A stretch of 64,000 bases of DNA from Vicugna vicugna (taxonomy: Eukaryota), in assembly GCA_013265495.1 (NCBI GenBank), contig MU058781.1, positions 6,476,522 through 6,540,521 on the forward strand. The letters are read 5' to 3'. The notes beneath the pieces were generated by a model, which saw only the letters and a program-made list of their open reading frames with translations, was not told the DNA's origin and made no database searches. Shown here piece after piece: positions 26,049 through 40,064 of this stretch. How positions within the stretch are numbered: position 1 is the first letter of the stretch; each line of letters starts with the position of its first letter. The translations under genes and the position numbers were made by a program.

Positions 26049-28891
26049 TTTTCAATTGAAGTACAATTGACTTACAGTATTGCATTACTATCAGGTTTAC
26101 AGGATTCAGTTTTTTTTTTTGCAGATTATATTCCGTTATAGATAGGTTATTACAAAATATGGAATATAATTCCCTGTGCTGTACAGTAAATCCTTGTTGT
26201 TTATCTACTTTATGAATAGTAGTTTATATCTGTTAATCTCATTCTCCTAATTTGTCTCTTCCCCTTTCCTTTCCCCTTTGGTAACCATAAGTTTGTTTTC
26301 TTTGTCTATGAATCTGTTTCTATTTTGTATATATATTCATTTGCATTATTTTTTAGATTCCATGTATAAGTGATACCATACAGTATTTATCTTTCTCTGA
26401 CTTATTTCACTAAGCATAATATTCTCTAGGCCCATCCATGTTGCTGCAAAGAGCAATGGTTCAGTCTTTTTTATGGCTGAGTAATACTCCATTGTGTATA
26501 TATACACCACAGATTCATAAGCCAGTTATCTGTTGATAGGCACTTGGGTGTTTCCATGTCTTGGCTATTGTAAATAATGCTGCTATGAACATTGGAGTGC
26601 ATGTATCTTTACAAATTAGAGTTTTTGGTGTTTTCCAGTATACCCAGGAGTAGGATTGCTGGTTCATATGGTAGTTCTATTTTTAGTTTTTTAAGGAACC
26701 TCTATACTGTTTTCCATAGTGGCTTCACCAATTTACATTCCCATTAACAGTGTAGGAGGGTTCCCTTTTCTCCACACCTCTCCAGCATTTATTATTTGTA
26801 GACTTTTTGATGATGGCCATTCTGACTGGTATGAGGTGATACTTCATTTTAGTTTTGATTTGCATTTCCCTAATAATTAGCGATGTTGAGCATTCTTTCA
26901 TGTCCCTGTTTGCCATCTGTATGTCTTCTTTGGAGAAATGTGTATTTGGGTCTTCTGCCCATTTTTTGATTGGGTTGGTTTTGTTTTTTGTTTGTTTGTT
27001 TGTTTGTTTTGATATTTAGTTGTATGAACTGTTTGTATATCTTGGATACTAACCCCTTGTCAGCTGTGTCATTTGCAAATATTTTCTCCCAGTCTGTAGG
27101 TTTTTTCATTTTGTTGATGGTTTCCTTTGCTGTGCAAAAACTTTTATGTTTGATTAGGTCCCATTTATTTTTGCTTGTATTTCTTTTGCTTTGGGAGACT
27201 GATCTAAAAAAATATTGCTATAATTTATGTCGTAGAGTATTTTGCTTATGTTCTCTTCTTGGGCTTTTATGGTGGTGTGTCTTACATTTAGATCTTTTGT
27301 TACTTTATTTTTTAATTGAAGTACAGTCTATTTACAATGTTATATTTGTTTCTGGTGTACAGCATAGTGATTCAATCATACATATATATTCCTTTTCATA
27401 TTCTTTTTCATTATAGACTATTACAGGATATTGCATATAGTTCTCTGTGCTATACAATAAGACCTTATTGTTTATCTATTTTATATATAGTATCTGCAAA
27501 CTCCAAGTTTATCCCTCTCCTTTCCCCCCCGGTAACCAGAAGTTTGTTTTCTGTGTCTATGAGTCTGATTCTGTTTTGTAAATAAGTTCATTTGTGTCTT
27601 TTTTTTTTTTCAGATTCCACATATAAGTGATATCATATGGTATTTTTCTTTCTTTTTCTGGTGTACTTCACTTAGTATGACAATCTCCAGGTCCATCCAT
27701 GTTACTGCAAATGCATTATTTCATTCTTTTTATGGCTGGGTAGTATTCCATTGTATATGTACCCCAACTTCTTTATCCAGTCATCTGCCAGTGGACTTAG
27801 GCTGTTTCCATATCCTGGCTATGTAAATAGTGCTGCTGTGAACATTGGGATGCAAGTATAGAGTTTCCTCTGGACATATGCCCAGGAGTGGGACTGCTGG
27901 ATCATATGGTAAGTCTATTTTTATTTTTTTAAGGAATCTCCATACTATTTTCCATAATGGCTGCACCAAACTACATTCCCACTAACAGTGGGGGAGGGTT
28001 CCCTTTTCTCCACACACTCTTCAGCGTTTATCCTTTGTGGACTTTTCAGTGATGGCCATTCTGACTGGTGTGAGGCAATATTTTGTAGTTTTGTTTATGC
28101 CACTTTGAGTTTATTTATGCATATGGTGGGAGAGAATGTTTTACTATCGTTGATTCATGTGTGGCTGTCCAGCTTTCCCAGCACCACTTGTAGAAGAGAC
28201 TGTTGTCTTTTCTCCATTGCATATTCTTACCTCCTTTGTCATAGATTGACAGTATGTGTGTGGGTTTATTTCTGGGCTCTTTATTATGTCCCATTGGTCT
28301 ACATGTCAGTTTTTGTGCCGGAACCATGCTGTTTTGATGACTGTAGCTTTGTAGTATTGTCTGAAGTCTGGAAGGATTATACAGCTTTGTCCTTTTTCCT
28401 AAGGATTGCTTTGGCAATTCTGGGTCTTTTGTGGGTCCATATAAATTTTAGGATTACTTGCCCTAGTTCTGTGAAAAATATCATGGGTATTTTTATAGGG
28501 ATTGCATTAAATCTGTAGATTGTTTTGTGTAGTGTAGCATGGCTATTTTAACAATATTAATTCTTCCAATCCAAGAACATAGATTATCTTTCCATTTCTT
28601 TCAATTTTCTTCAGTTTCTTTGTCAGTGTTTTATAGTGTTCATCATAAAGGTCTTTCACCTCCTTGGTTAAGTTCATTCCTAGGTATATTTTTGATGCAA
28701 TTTTAAACAGGATTTTTTTAACTTTCTCTTTTTGATATTTCATTTATTAGTATAAAGAAATGCAACAGCTTTCTATATGTTAATCTTGTATCCTGCTACC
28801 TTGCTGAATTCACTTATTAGTTCTAATAGTTTTTGTGCAGACTTCAGGTTTCTCTATATACAGTATCATGTCGTCTGCAAATAGTGACAGT
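26049..28891 (-). mobile_element. 5'-truncated L1 (ORF2 3' part plus 3'UTR) containing a nested second L1 3' end at ~27300-28095
   Basis: ORF2 peptides in the ORF track ([35 protein letters not shown]); TSD tagaatcaagtttt (26035-26048) / tagaatccagtttt (28892-28905). Confidence 0.92.
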
Positions 28892-30064
28892 TAGAATCCA
28901 GTTTTATAAGAAAATCCCCCTCATTGATCTTTGTTAACATAAACATCCTAAAAATAAATTTAGTTAATAAATATGATATAGTATTATATAAACTATATAA
29001 TTAAATGTATAATATAAACATAAATAACTTTTATAATTAATTTATAAATTTCTGGAGGAAAAAGTTTAAGTGAGGAAGAAGGACTATTTTAAAAACAACA
29101 TGCTACATACTCATTGCATAGTAATAATTTTATAATGAGAAATAAGTCCACTCAAAACTCTTGGAATCTGTCGATTGGCATTGGACTTGGCATCAGCCTT
29201 TCAAAATGCTTCACCACAACTGTAAAAAATCTGGATTTGAGGTTCACATAATTATTTTACCAGCCTTGATGGCTTGTCACCTCCTGGCTTTTTTAGTAGG
29301 TTGGATTTACTGGAAAAGAAAAAGAAAAAGAAAACCTTTAGCAATGTATAGGAAAACAGTTATCAAAGACAATGTGCATTTCTGGTATTTTTTTCCTTGC
29401 ACATTGTTGAATTCCAGTTTTACCAACGCTATGATCTAGTAAATTATCAAAGGGTTAAGAAATCCATGCTTCACAGAATTGCATGTTGTATACATTCATA
29501 AAAAGTCCAAAAATCAGTCAGAAAAGTAAATGCTTAGGGTCTCTTGTATCTCTTTACTTTGTAATATTACAAAGTATCATTTTATACAATCAAAATGATA
29601 AAACAATCCAAAAGAATCTACTTAGAGTCTTCCTTTCACAGCAAGATGTCTTGAAGTGAGTAGTCAGGTCTAGCCACTTCTCCTTATCTATAAAAACTGT
29701 TTCTAGAACTGGTGGGAAATACATTTAGCTTTACTTATCCTTTCATTCACTGAAAATGTCTACTTCAACTTCTTAGACTCTAGACGTGTTTATCTAGGGA
29801 ATCCCCTCATTTTAAAGATGAATAACTGAGGTCCGGTGATGTTAAATTGCACAAAGGCAAGCATCCAGTGAGAAGTAAAGCAAGGAGCAGAGTGCATGAG
29901 CACATGCGTGTGTACACACACACACCTTTGTATCACCACAGTGTGGCTTCTTGTCTCACCAAGTTTCAGAAACTTTCAAAGGTCATTAAATCCAGCGGTC
30001 TATCTCATTCCTCATCCATTGAGATTCTCGATGCTTCTCTTTTCTTATTAAATATTTTGTGATA

Positions 30065-30505
30065 CACAGTATACTTCTCTGACTCTCCCCTCTACATTTT
30101 CCCTCCTCTCAAATGCTCAATTGTCTCCCTTAATGTCACCTGTCACCTATGTGTAGATGACTCCCAGATCCACACCCTCCAACTCAAGTCCATCCACCCA
30201 GATTCTTAACTCCACGCATCCACAGAGTATTTCAACCTGCCTGTCCCAACTTCATTCAACACAGCTAAAATTAACACACATTGCCCACACATGTCTGTAT
30301 TTTCATCACTCACATTTCTAGTTTCAGTCACTTGCCTCCTCATACCTTTCACCATAGGTGTAAAATCAGCCAATTCCTGTGATAGGAAACACTGAAAGAG
30401 AAGCAGAATCTGGAAGGAACCATGGTTCAGTCTTGAGCACATTTAACTTGGGGCATCTTTGTGACACTTAATTAGAAATGGAGAAATAGGTGTTGGATGT
30501 GGTCT
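30065..30505. mobile_element. L2 fragments in both orientations
   Basis: tatgtgtagatgactcccagatc (degenerate YADD region), followed by an antisense L2 piece. Confidence 0.6.
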
Positions 30506-32537
30506 AGAGTCTTTTCGTTGTCTCTGATACCAAATCCTTAAGAATCACTTCATAAGTAATATTTTTTAAATAACATTCATTAAACATGTTCATTTCAAAA
30601 GAATTATTTTAAACCATTGGCACTTTCTGCACCACTCCAGCTACAGATATAATTTTAAAGGCTTTAATTGCTTCAACTGAGACAAGCTGATTTTATAGTC
30701 TTTCACAGATTTCTTCTGTGAGTTTAACCATTTCATTGTTTCTGTGCATGATGCTTATGTCTATGCCACAAGCAGAAAGTAAACCAGCTCAGACTAACCC
30801 TTGATAATTCATCTCGATTCCTCCAAATGGTTTTTGTTCCTCTACTGTTTAGTAACTTGGCACAGAACGTGTAACTAATGAAGGGTGATGTTTGCCTGTT
30901 GGTAGAGAATTTTTTTCAGGTCTCCCTCCAATATAATGTATTTATATTTAAAGATAATTTTGCCTAAAACTACAAATTTGAGTACTTGAATGTTAAGTCA
31001 ACTTTTATTTTAATATCTTAGTTTTTAGGACCATCACAGTTAAAAATAATACCTTATGCTGACATGAAGATCAAGATGAAAGAAACCCACCATTGACCAC
31101 ACTTACTAAACCATAATATCAATCATCAAATCTCATTCACCAATTATCACAAAGGTTTTTTCATTAAAATTCAATTAGTAATTTCCCATGTTATCAATAG
31201 TTCATCTTGGAAACTAATCCAAAGGTATGCATTTAAAATTTTGTGTTACTTTTAATAATAACTCCATGGCCTCATTTCTTCAACTCAAGTCAATAAACTT
31301 AGAATGGGAAGTCTTCCCGTGAACATAACAGTTCTGTAGATTTGTTGGGAAGACTGCACTTTCCAGCTCATGGTCCCTATGTGGTATAATCATGCCCACA
31401 TACAATGATGGGAAACATCCCTAGCTGGGTGAGCTAATGACGCATGTCCCCCAGCAGGCTACCCTGCATGAAGTTGATATTATGATACCCTCTTCTTCAG
31501 GTATTTCTCTTCAGCTTAGAAGCTATAGAGGAAATAGCAGAACTGGGCAGATGCAGATTGTCTTTTCCAGGGGAGTGATTGCCTTCTGCAGTCAAGCATG
31601 ATAAAAATTTATGATCCTTTATGGATATTCAAAGACATTGCCTGTAGCATTACTAAAAGATGTAGAGAGGACCAGAGAAATGTTTTACAAAAGCCATATA
31701 TGATATGTGTCTTCAGGAAAGCGATATAAATGTATGGCAATTTAAAGGAGTTGTAACTGATACATATTCTTCATGTCCTAGGATAGAGAAAAATTGAATT
31801 GAAATAACCAGGAGTTTACTCCGCCATTATGAATTTCATTTCTTTAGCTCTGACTATAATGGCAAATCGAAACAGAGATTTTTATATTTTTCTGACTTAA
31901 GCCAAAAGAAATTACTTGTATATGCCTATTGAAAAAGAAATAGTATTGAAAACCTATGGTATCCAAATCACCTGACTAAATAAGTGATCAATACTTTACC
32001 ATGTACTCAATCAGAGCTAATATGCAATCATTTGAAGAATGAGGAAGAATATTTTAACGCAAGCCCATTCAGTGGATGTAGAATTCAGAGAGTGATGTCC
32101 CATCAATTAACAACTAAAATGAGAGTTATCAAAATGTTCTCTTCTTTGTTAGCTTCTAAAATAATTACACCAGCAATATGGTCTCCATTCTGCAGGCTGT
32201 TTCTACCAACTGGCCAGACAACTATTTTCTCAAATGAAATTAATTCCATACTCTAGTTTACAGAAACAGGTCTCTGTTCAACAGCCACCAGAGAGACATA
32301 TTTCCAATAGGACTTACCTTCAGGGCAAAAAAGCGAAATAGGTCTTGCATTAATCAGAAGGAGCTTTGACATGGGAATCGGCGGATTTGGTTTCCATTCT
32401 GGGTCTGCCACTAACCAGAGGTGTGTCCATTTGACAGATGCCTGTGACACATTTAAAGGTGTCTAATCCTTTTAAAGTGAGATCCATGTGTTAAAAATTT
32501 TTTTAACATGAATAAACAAATACACAACAAAACTGCC

Positions 32538-32970
32538 TGTGGCAGAATTACTAACTGTCCGCCAAAATCTATTTTTCTTTCCTTAGTAGACTGCATTTCC
32601 CAGTCTCCCTTGTAATCTGATGGCCATGTGACTAGATGCATCTTGAGGGAAGGTGAGTATTAAGTAATGTACACCCCACTTAAGGACTTAATCTTGTAAG
32701 ACAGCATGTTTTCACATGTTCCCTTTCCCTCCCACCAGCCACACCCTGGACATGGCAACCTGCCTCAACATGCCAATGACAGTATGCTCTGGTTATCCAA
32801 GAATGACAAGTTAGAAGGAGCCTAGGTCCCTGAGTCACAATATGAAAGATGTCATTCACTGACCTGAACCTGCTTTAGGTAGTTACATGGGAAACAAACT
32901 TACCTTGTGATTAAACTATTACATATTTGGATTTATTTATCAGAGAAGGTTAGCCTACAAAAACTAATAT
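32538..32970 (+). mobile_element. MLT1-family MaLR LTR
   Basis: tgtggcag...gactgcatttcccagtctcccttg...ggccatgtgacta...gaaggagcctaggtccctga. Confidence 0.7.
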
Positions 32971-34120
32971 GTCCTCTAAGAAACCGTGTGATTTACTGAT
33001 TCAGTCACCTGAAATACCTTTCAAGAATTTGAAAGATACGCAGAATACTTTAAGTAAAATGAGCATGTATCAGCAAAACAGATTTTAAGAACATTTTTAT
33101 TAAAATGTGTCTATTAAATTAACATTCGTATATAAGGGTATGTAAATATATATTTGAAGAGAGATAGTGTAGTCTTGTGATTGAGAGCGTGAATCCCAGT
33201 TTTATCAGTTACTGGCTGTATGATTTGGAGGAAAAAAAATCACTTTTCTACACTTTGGTTTGTTCATCCCTAATATAGAGTCCTTACCTATTGGGTTGTT
33301 TTAAGGAGTAAATGAATTAATACATGAATAGCACATAGTAAAGGTTATAGAAATTTTAGTTACCATTATTATCATCATCACTATAACACAGAGAAAAATA
33401 TAGAAAGATACACACTAAAATGCAACTAAGACTCTTTAGAGTATGGGGTTAGAGGAAAGAATCCACCTTCTATTCTTGTTTAAATTTGTCAGAATAAACA
33501 TGAGCATCTGATTATTAAAATTCTCATAATTCCCTGTGATTACTAAACATCCAATAATTTTAAAAACACATTCAAAAGAAGATAATTACCTTTTCATCAA
33601 TTTATGTTTTACCTGTTTCAGATTACAGGTTTTTGTTTCAAAAGAGTGCACATGAAGAAAATGTTTTATAATCAGCAAGAAAAATATAGTCTGAATTGGC
33701 AAAATCAAATAATATTTTTAAATGTTTATTTTATAAAGAGTGGTAAAAGCTATTTAACAGCAAAAGTGCTTAGAATGGAGTGATTTCAATTCAGCAGATT
33801 AAACATTTTAAAAATACTTCTATGTAATTGGTACTAAGGATACAAGGGAGCAACAGTCACAGTCTGCTTTGAGCAAAAATATAGTTTGAAGAATTCTTTA
33901 GAGAAACTTAAGTTTTCTTTTTAATTTCTAAAAAATTATTTAAAAATAAATGCATACTTTCTAAAACACTAGAAAAGAGAAAATGCAAAATATATACACA
34001 AAGAACAGAAAATAAAAGGCAGAATGAGATAGAAAAAAACAGAGCAAGAGAAAAAATTAGACCAAAGATATAAAAATAGGTATAAATGTGATAAGTTACA
34101 TCATTAGAATACAAAAACTT

Positions 34121-34805
34121 TTTTATTGAAGTTTACAATGCTGTGTCAATTTCTGATGCACAGCATAAAGTTTCAGTCATACATATATATACATACATTC
34201 TTTTCATTACAAGTTACAGAATATTGAATATAGTTCCCTGTGCTATACAGTTGATACTTGTTGTTTATCTGTTTTATGTATAGTGTTATTATCTGCAAAT
34301 CTTGATCTCCCAATTTATCCCTTCCCACCCCCTTCCACCCCTGGCAACAAATTTGTTTCCTATGTCTGTGAGTCAGTTTCTGTTTTGTAAGTAAGCTCAT
34401 TTGCATCTCTTTTTTAGATTCCATATATAAGTAATATCTTAGGGTATTTTTCTTTCTATTTCTAGCTTACTTCACTTAGAATGATGCTCTCCAGGTCCAT
34501 CCATGTTATAGCAAATGGCATTATTTTATTCTTTTTTATGGCTTTTATTGCTTTTTTATGGCTGAGTAGTATTCCATTATGTATACCACAATTTCTTTAT
34601 CCAGTCATCTGTCTGTGGACATTTAGGTTGTTTCCATGTCTTGGCTATTGTGCTGCTATGAACATTGGGGTGTATGTATCTTTTCAAATTAGAGTTCCCG
34701 CCAGATACATGCCCAGGAGTGGGATTGCTGGACTATAGGGTAAGTCTATTTTTAGCTTTTATGGAATTTCCATACTGTTTTCCATAATGGCTGCACCAAA
34801 CTACA
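34121..34805 (-). mobile_element. 5'-truncated L1 3' end with perfect TSD, inside older L1M debris (~33900-37060)
   Basis: 16-bp TSD tagaatacaaaaactt at 34105-34120 and 34806-34821. Confidence 0.92.
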
Positions 34806-35070
34806 TAGAATACAAAAACTTGATTCAACCAATATATACACTGTTTTGAAAAGCCACATCTAAAACAAAGCATCTCAAAATGTTACAACTATAAGGATGA
34901 GCAAAAGGGATATTAAATAAATGCAAACAAGAAAGCAGAAGTCACGATACTAATAATACATATAATACAGTAAAATTCAAAGTATATTAAACAGAACAAT
35001 AAAGCTTATTTTATAAATATGAAGGATGCAATCACACTGAAACTGTAACTCTCAGAAGTCTTTATGTGCT

Positions 35071-35716
35071 TGTGTTAGTTTTATTGCTGCATATGACCAC
35101 AATCTTAATTGTTCAAAACAATACCCATTGCTATCTCTAGTTCTGTAGTCTGAGGTCTGGGCATGATGCAGTTGAGTGCTCTGGTCAGGATCTCACAAGA
35201 TGAAATCAAATCAAGATGCCAGTGAATCTGTGTTCTCATCTAGTGCTTCTCTAAGGCTTGGGGTCCTCTTCCAAGCTCATTCAGGTTACTAGCAGAATTC
35301 AGTTCCTGGAGGTGGTAGGACTGAGATTCTTACTGGCTGTTGCCTGGGGATTGCCTTACAGCCTCTTCCTTAGGTAGTTCACAAGATAGCAATTTCTTTC
35401 TTCAAGGCTAGCATGAGGATCTCTCTCACTTCATCTCTCTCCAACATCTTCAATCTCTGGACCTTTAAATTATTTTTTAAAAGGCTCACCTGATTTGGTT
35501 AGGCCCACTCAGGATAATCTATCTTTTGATTAACTTAAAGTTGACTTAATTATACGCGTGAAGTCCCTTCACCTTCGCCACATAATGTAACCTGATCATG
35601 GGAGAAATACCCTATGGTATTCACAGATCTCTCACGCTCAGGAGGGGGGCGTATGCATGGTGTGTACACCAGGAAGCAGGAGTTTCATAGACCACTTTAG
35701 AATTCTGCCTACCACA
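35071..35716 (-). mobile_element. MLT1E/F-like MaLR LTR
   Basis: tgtgttagttttattgctgc...aggcccactcaggataatct...tagaattctgcctaccaca. Confidence 0.78.
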
Positions 35717-38700
35717 GTGTTAAATCACTTTTCACAAAAATACATTAAGTAACTGTGAAAGGTGCAAAAAGATGATTTTTTTAATTTAAAAGTAGTGTGC
35801 GCTAATTCATATTTTTCTCTTAGACTGAGTAGACAAAATAAATTTTACTCTGATATAAAAATCTAGATTATATCATTAATAAGACTGATTTGGAAGATTA
35901 TTAGAACTCTAAAAATAGAGAATATACTTGTTTTTCTACTGTTTTACAGACTTAATCCTATATTAGGGTAAAATAAAGCTCTTAGAGTCTGAAAAGTAAG
36001 TATTACGTGGGCCATAGTGTCTGAGTGGAAGGCAATAAAACTGAAACTGAGAAGAAAATATTAAGCAAAGCAGCTCGCCGCTGAACAAGTTTAATTACTC
36101 TTCTGAATAATTCTTGAAGAAAAGAAGAAAGCAGTAATGAAATCACAAGTTAGCAACAATGGAAGCGCCACATACAACAGATTATAGAATGGTAAGCATT
36201 CTGGCCAAAAAGTTAGGAAAAGAAAATAAACATATCAAAGGTACTGGAGAAATAAATTAATACAAATAAAGCAAAAATCAGAGTTACAACAATTAAGGGG
36301 TTATTTTTTATGCTTGAAAAGGTAGAGAAGAGTGTAGAAAGAGCTATACTGACTTTAACATGGATGGTCATCCTTTACCAACAATGGTTTGAATTTGTTG
36401 TAATAAGCATACAGTACTTTTGCAATTAAAAATAGATTAGAGGAAGGCAAATAAATAAGGAATATTCTGTTTTTTGAAGATTAGCTACAAAGTGTTATTT
36501 ATACTGACTATTTTTCCAATATCTTATGGAACACATTTAAAAATCATACAGTAGTTCAAAATTAATATCTCAAATTCACAAATTATAGAGGCATTGTTTC
36601 TGAGCTCACAATGATAAAGCTAGAAAATAAGAATTAAAAAACAACTAAAAGGCTAACCATTTGATAGGTGGTTGGTTTTTAAATTTCTTCAGTGGTCACA
36701 AATGTTTTTAGGTTTTTATCTTCTTGAGTCAATTTTGGCAATTTCTCTTTTTCTAGGAAATAATCCATTTCTTCTGGGTTTTCAAATTTGTTAGAATGAA
36801 GTTGAACATTTTCTGTTTTATGTTTATAAATTGTGTCACATTTTTTAGGCTGAGTTGTTTCAGCATTTTAAATTATATATTCTTTCTCATTCTTAATGTT
36901 CTGTAGCTGTAATTTCTTCTTTTTTTCTTAATTAACATTGCCAGAATTTTATGTGTAGGATTGTCTTTTCTTCAAAGAACTAGTTATTGGACTTATTGGC
37001 AAACTATCATTCTGTTTTCTAATCTTTTAATTTTTGCTGCCTAGTTTACTTCTTTTTATTGTTTTACATTTATAAATAATCCTACAGGGAATATGTTTGA
37101 CTTGCATCTTAGTACCATCCATCTTAGTAATTTTCCCAGTCTGATAGGCAAAAACACGGTATGGCCTATTTATGGACAAAATTGATGGGGGTGGGCGTGG
37201 GGCAGCTTACTGTCTGAAAAGCAGGTAAGTTATCATGGTTAGTTAGTGAGAATAAAATGAGCCAAGATATTAAATTTAGAGAAGAGTATAGAGGTCGACA
37301 AAACTGTATAATAAGAAAGAAACTGGAGAAGAAACCAGTAGAATTGTGGAGTCAGTCCTTTTCACGTTCATTCGTACCAGCACTTGACAGTTAATAAATA
37401 TTTGTTCTTTGTCTTTCATAATAGTTTTCCATTGCTGGCTGGATCAAAGCCAAACTCAGCCCCCTTCTCTTGACCTTCCTGCACATGATGACACTTTCCA
37501 GCATCTCACTCTCTTGCTAGCCTCTTTCCTCCCTTAGACCATAGTCATTTTCTTCATACACCCTACCTATTTTCAGCTTTTTATCTCATCTATCCACACC
37601 TAAAAATCTTTCACCTTATCCCCAATTCTCATCTTTTGAAAGTAAAATCTAATCCTAACCTACAATAGTCTTTCCTTTTACCAGAATTTCGTGGGCACTG
37701 TATGTATACATACATATACCTCGGAGCTAGTCAACAGTCCTTGGTTTCTGTTAGTATAAAACAGAGAAGACTAGATCAATTATTTTTAAGATTCTCAGGT
37801 TCTGAAGTCAGGTTTGGAGTGTGTGGTGGAGTTCTTAGCTTTGTAAATTCCTCCACCTACTGGTTGCCTGAAGTCGGTTTTTGCTATATGAGTTTGATAT
37901 TGCTTTATCAGTCTGACCATTTTTAAGAACAGCATGTGCCTCTAGTGAATGCTGACACATTTATAATTCCCTTTGAATTCCTAAAGTAACAAATTCTGTT
38001 ATGAAGAAAACATATTCTTATAATACACAATATTTAAAAGCAGATGATAAATTTCCTAATGCTGTTTCATAACCACTGGAGGGCACAAAAGTATTACAGA
38101 GCAATTTCCTCCCAGTTTGGCTAGAGAAGGGAAAGTTGCCTTATTTTATGTGTATTTGTAAAAGTTAGAAATCAGATTATTTTAAAATTTAATCTTTTAT
38201 TTGGTGCATCGCATTTCTTTTTGGAAGAAACCTCAGTGTATCAGATCAGACAAACCTTTATTCTAAAGTAGACTTTAGAAAGCAATTTGCCACCATGGGT
38301 TTGTCAAATATTACAATAAGAAGAGTTGAAATATACTGATAAACTAAATCTCACTAAAAATTCAAGCTATCAATACTAAAACAACAGATTCATGGCTGCC
38401 CGATTTTCAGGAACTTTTTTCAGATGCCCTAGCAAAACATGGATTCGAACATGGTTTAAAATAATCAGCGACTTCCCTAACATCTTGTCTTCCAGAAGAA
38501 ACTCCTGGAAGATTAGAATGCAATTATTATCTCTATGTCCCTGTCTTCCATTCCCTCTTCAGCCTTTCACACTTTACCTTAAGACACTACTCAGGTAAAG
38601 CCATCGGTGACCTTCTAATGTCCAAATCCAATTTAATTTCTTTAATTAGAAGGATCAGAAACCAGCACTTGCTACCTAACACTTAAAGGGAATTTATAAG

Positions 38701-39825
38701 AAGGATATCACAGCCTCTGAAATTAAAGGAAGAAGTGTGGGTAGCGCAAGAACTAATCAACAGTCTTGTCAGGGATCCCTTCTGGAATTAAATTTATGCC
38801 ATCCCTGAATCACTTGGTTCAAGTTTTCAAGTTCTAGGTGAACACATCCAGTTTGCTGAGCTTGGGTCGCATCCCCGTCCCTTGGCTCAGAAATGACAGA
38901 GCAGAATGCCTGAAAAGTCCTACCGCAGCTGCATGTGTTGACAGAAGGGTTATTCAGTAGGAGGAAAGTGCAGTGCTGTTATCAAAAGAGGGGAACATAG
39001 GGTAGTCAAAAAAAGAAAAATCCCCACCACAGTTTTCATCATCCTTGAATTTTTTTTTTATGATTCTGACACCAGCTCTCTCCTTATGGAAGATCTCTCC
39101 CACTCAGTCCTCCTTTCCTTCCCACCTCACCAGCTATTCTTTCTCAGTCTTTTCATCATCTTCTCCTTCAACATTCCCCTGGTCTCTGTTCTTGGCTTTC
39201 TTTTCTTTCCAATTCATAGAATTTTCCATCTACTGACCACGTGTACACTTATGACTCCTCAACCTGTATCTTTGCAGATGGAATATATTCAATAGCCTGT
39301 GCCCACTGGCTATCCCACAGGCACCTCACTGCTCCCATCTGCCATCTTGCACTTCCTTTGGCCATCTCTCATTTCCATGAATGATGTTACAGTCCACTCA
39401 GGCATCCAGCTCAGAAACTATGTGATGTTTCTCTCTCTTTCTTTCTTTCTCTCTCTCTCCCAAATTCATTCAGATTCTGCAAATTGTGCTTCCTTAATTT
39501 CACCCCAATGTCTCCCCTCCTTTACTCCCCATCTCTGTTGCCTTGATTCAGGTTCTCCTCATCTTATGTAGACTCTAGTCTTCCAGCTAGGGTGTTCCTG
39601 TCTCCAGTTTGAACCACTCCACCCCATCTTCCCCATGGCTACCAGAGGGATATTTCTAAAAGACAAATAGAGCCAGGTTTATCTCTAATTAAAGCTCTTC
39701 AATAGCTTCTGTTGTCTACAGGATAAAATCAGCCCCAACTTCACTTTCTCTTCCTTTTCTTTCCCTTTCCTTCCTTTCTTCCTTCCTCTCTGTCTTTCTT
39801 TGCCGTTAAGAGTAATAGATTACAT

Positions 39826-39950
39826 AGTTTTGGGGGGTTTTTAGGGAGAGGTAATTAGGTTTATTTATTTTTAGAAGCAGTACTGGGGATTGAACCCAGG
39901 ACCTTATGTGTGCTAAGCACTCTACCACTTGAGCTGTACCCTCATCCCCC
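39826..39950 (-). mobile_element. tRNA-derived SINE (Vic-1-like)
   Basis: Reverse complement of the same consensus (gtactggggattgaacccaggacct...ctctaccacttgagct). Confidence 0.85.
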
Positions 39951-40064
39951 ACCAGAAATAGAGTTTAAAAAAATCAAACAATAAAAGAGAAATGGAAATA
40001 CTCTGCCCCACCTTTCTGCATTCCAGGACCCCTCCAGCTCCCTAGAAGCAAGCTTACTGTTCAC

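Noticed and set aside
26970..28518. 148-aa and 176-aa hydrophobic ORFs
   Set aside because: Antisense frames of L1 ORF2/3'UTR.
30770..30830. Faint resemblance of GIEMNYQGL..LLSACG to an ATP-grasp/CARNS1-like motif
   Set aside because: Too short and from memory only; no product is assigned without a profile search.
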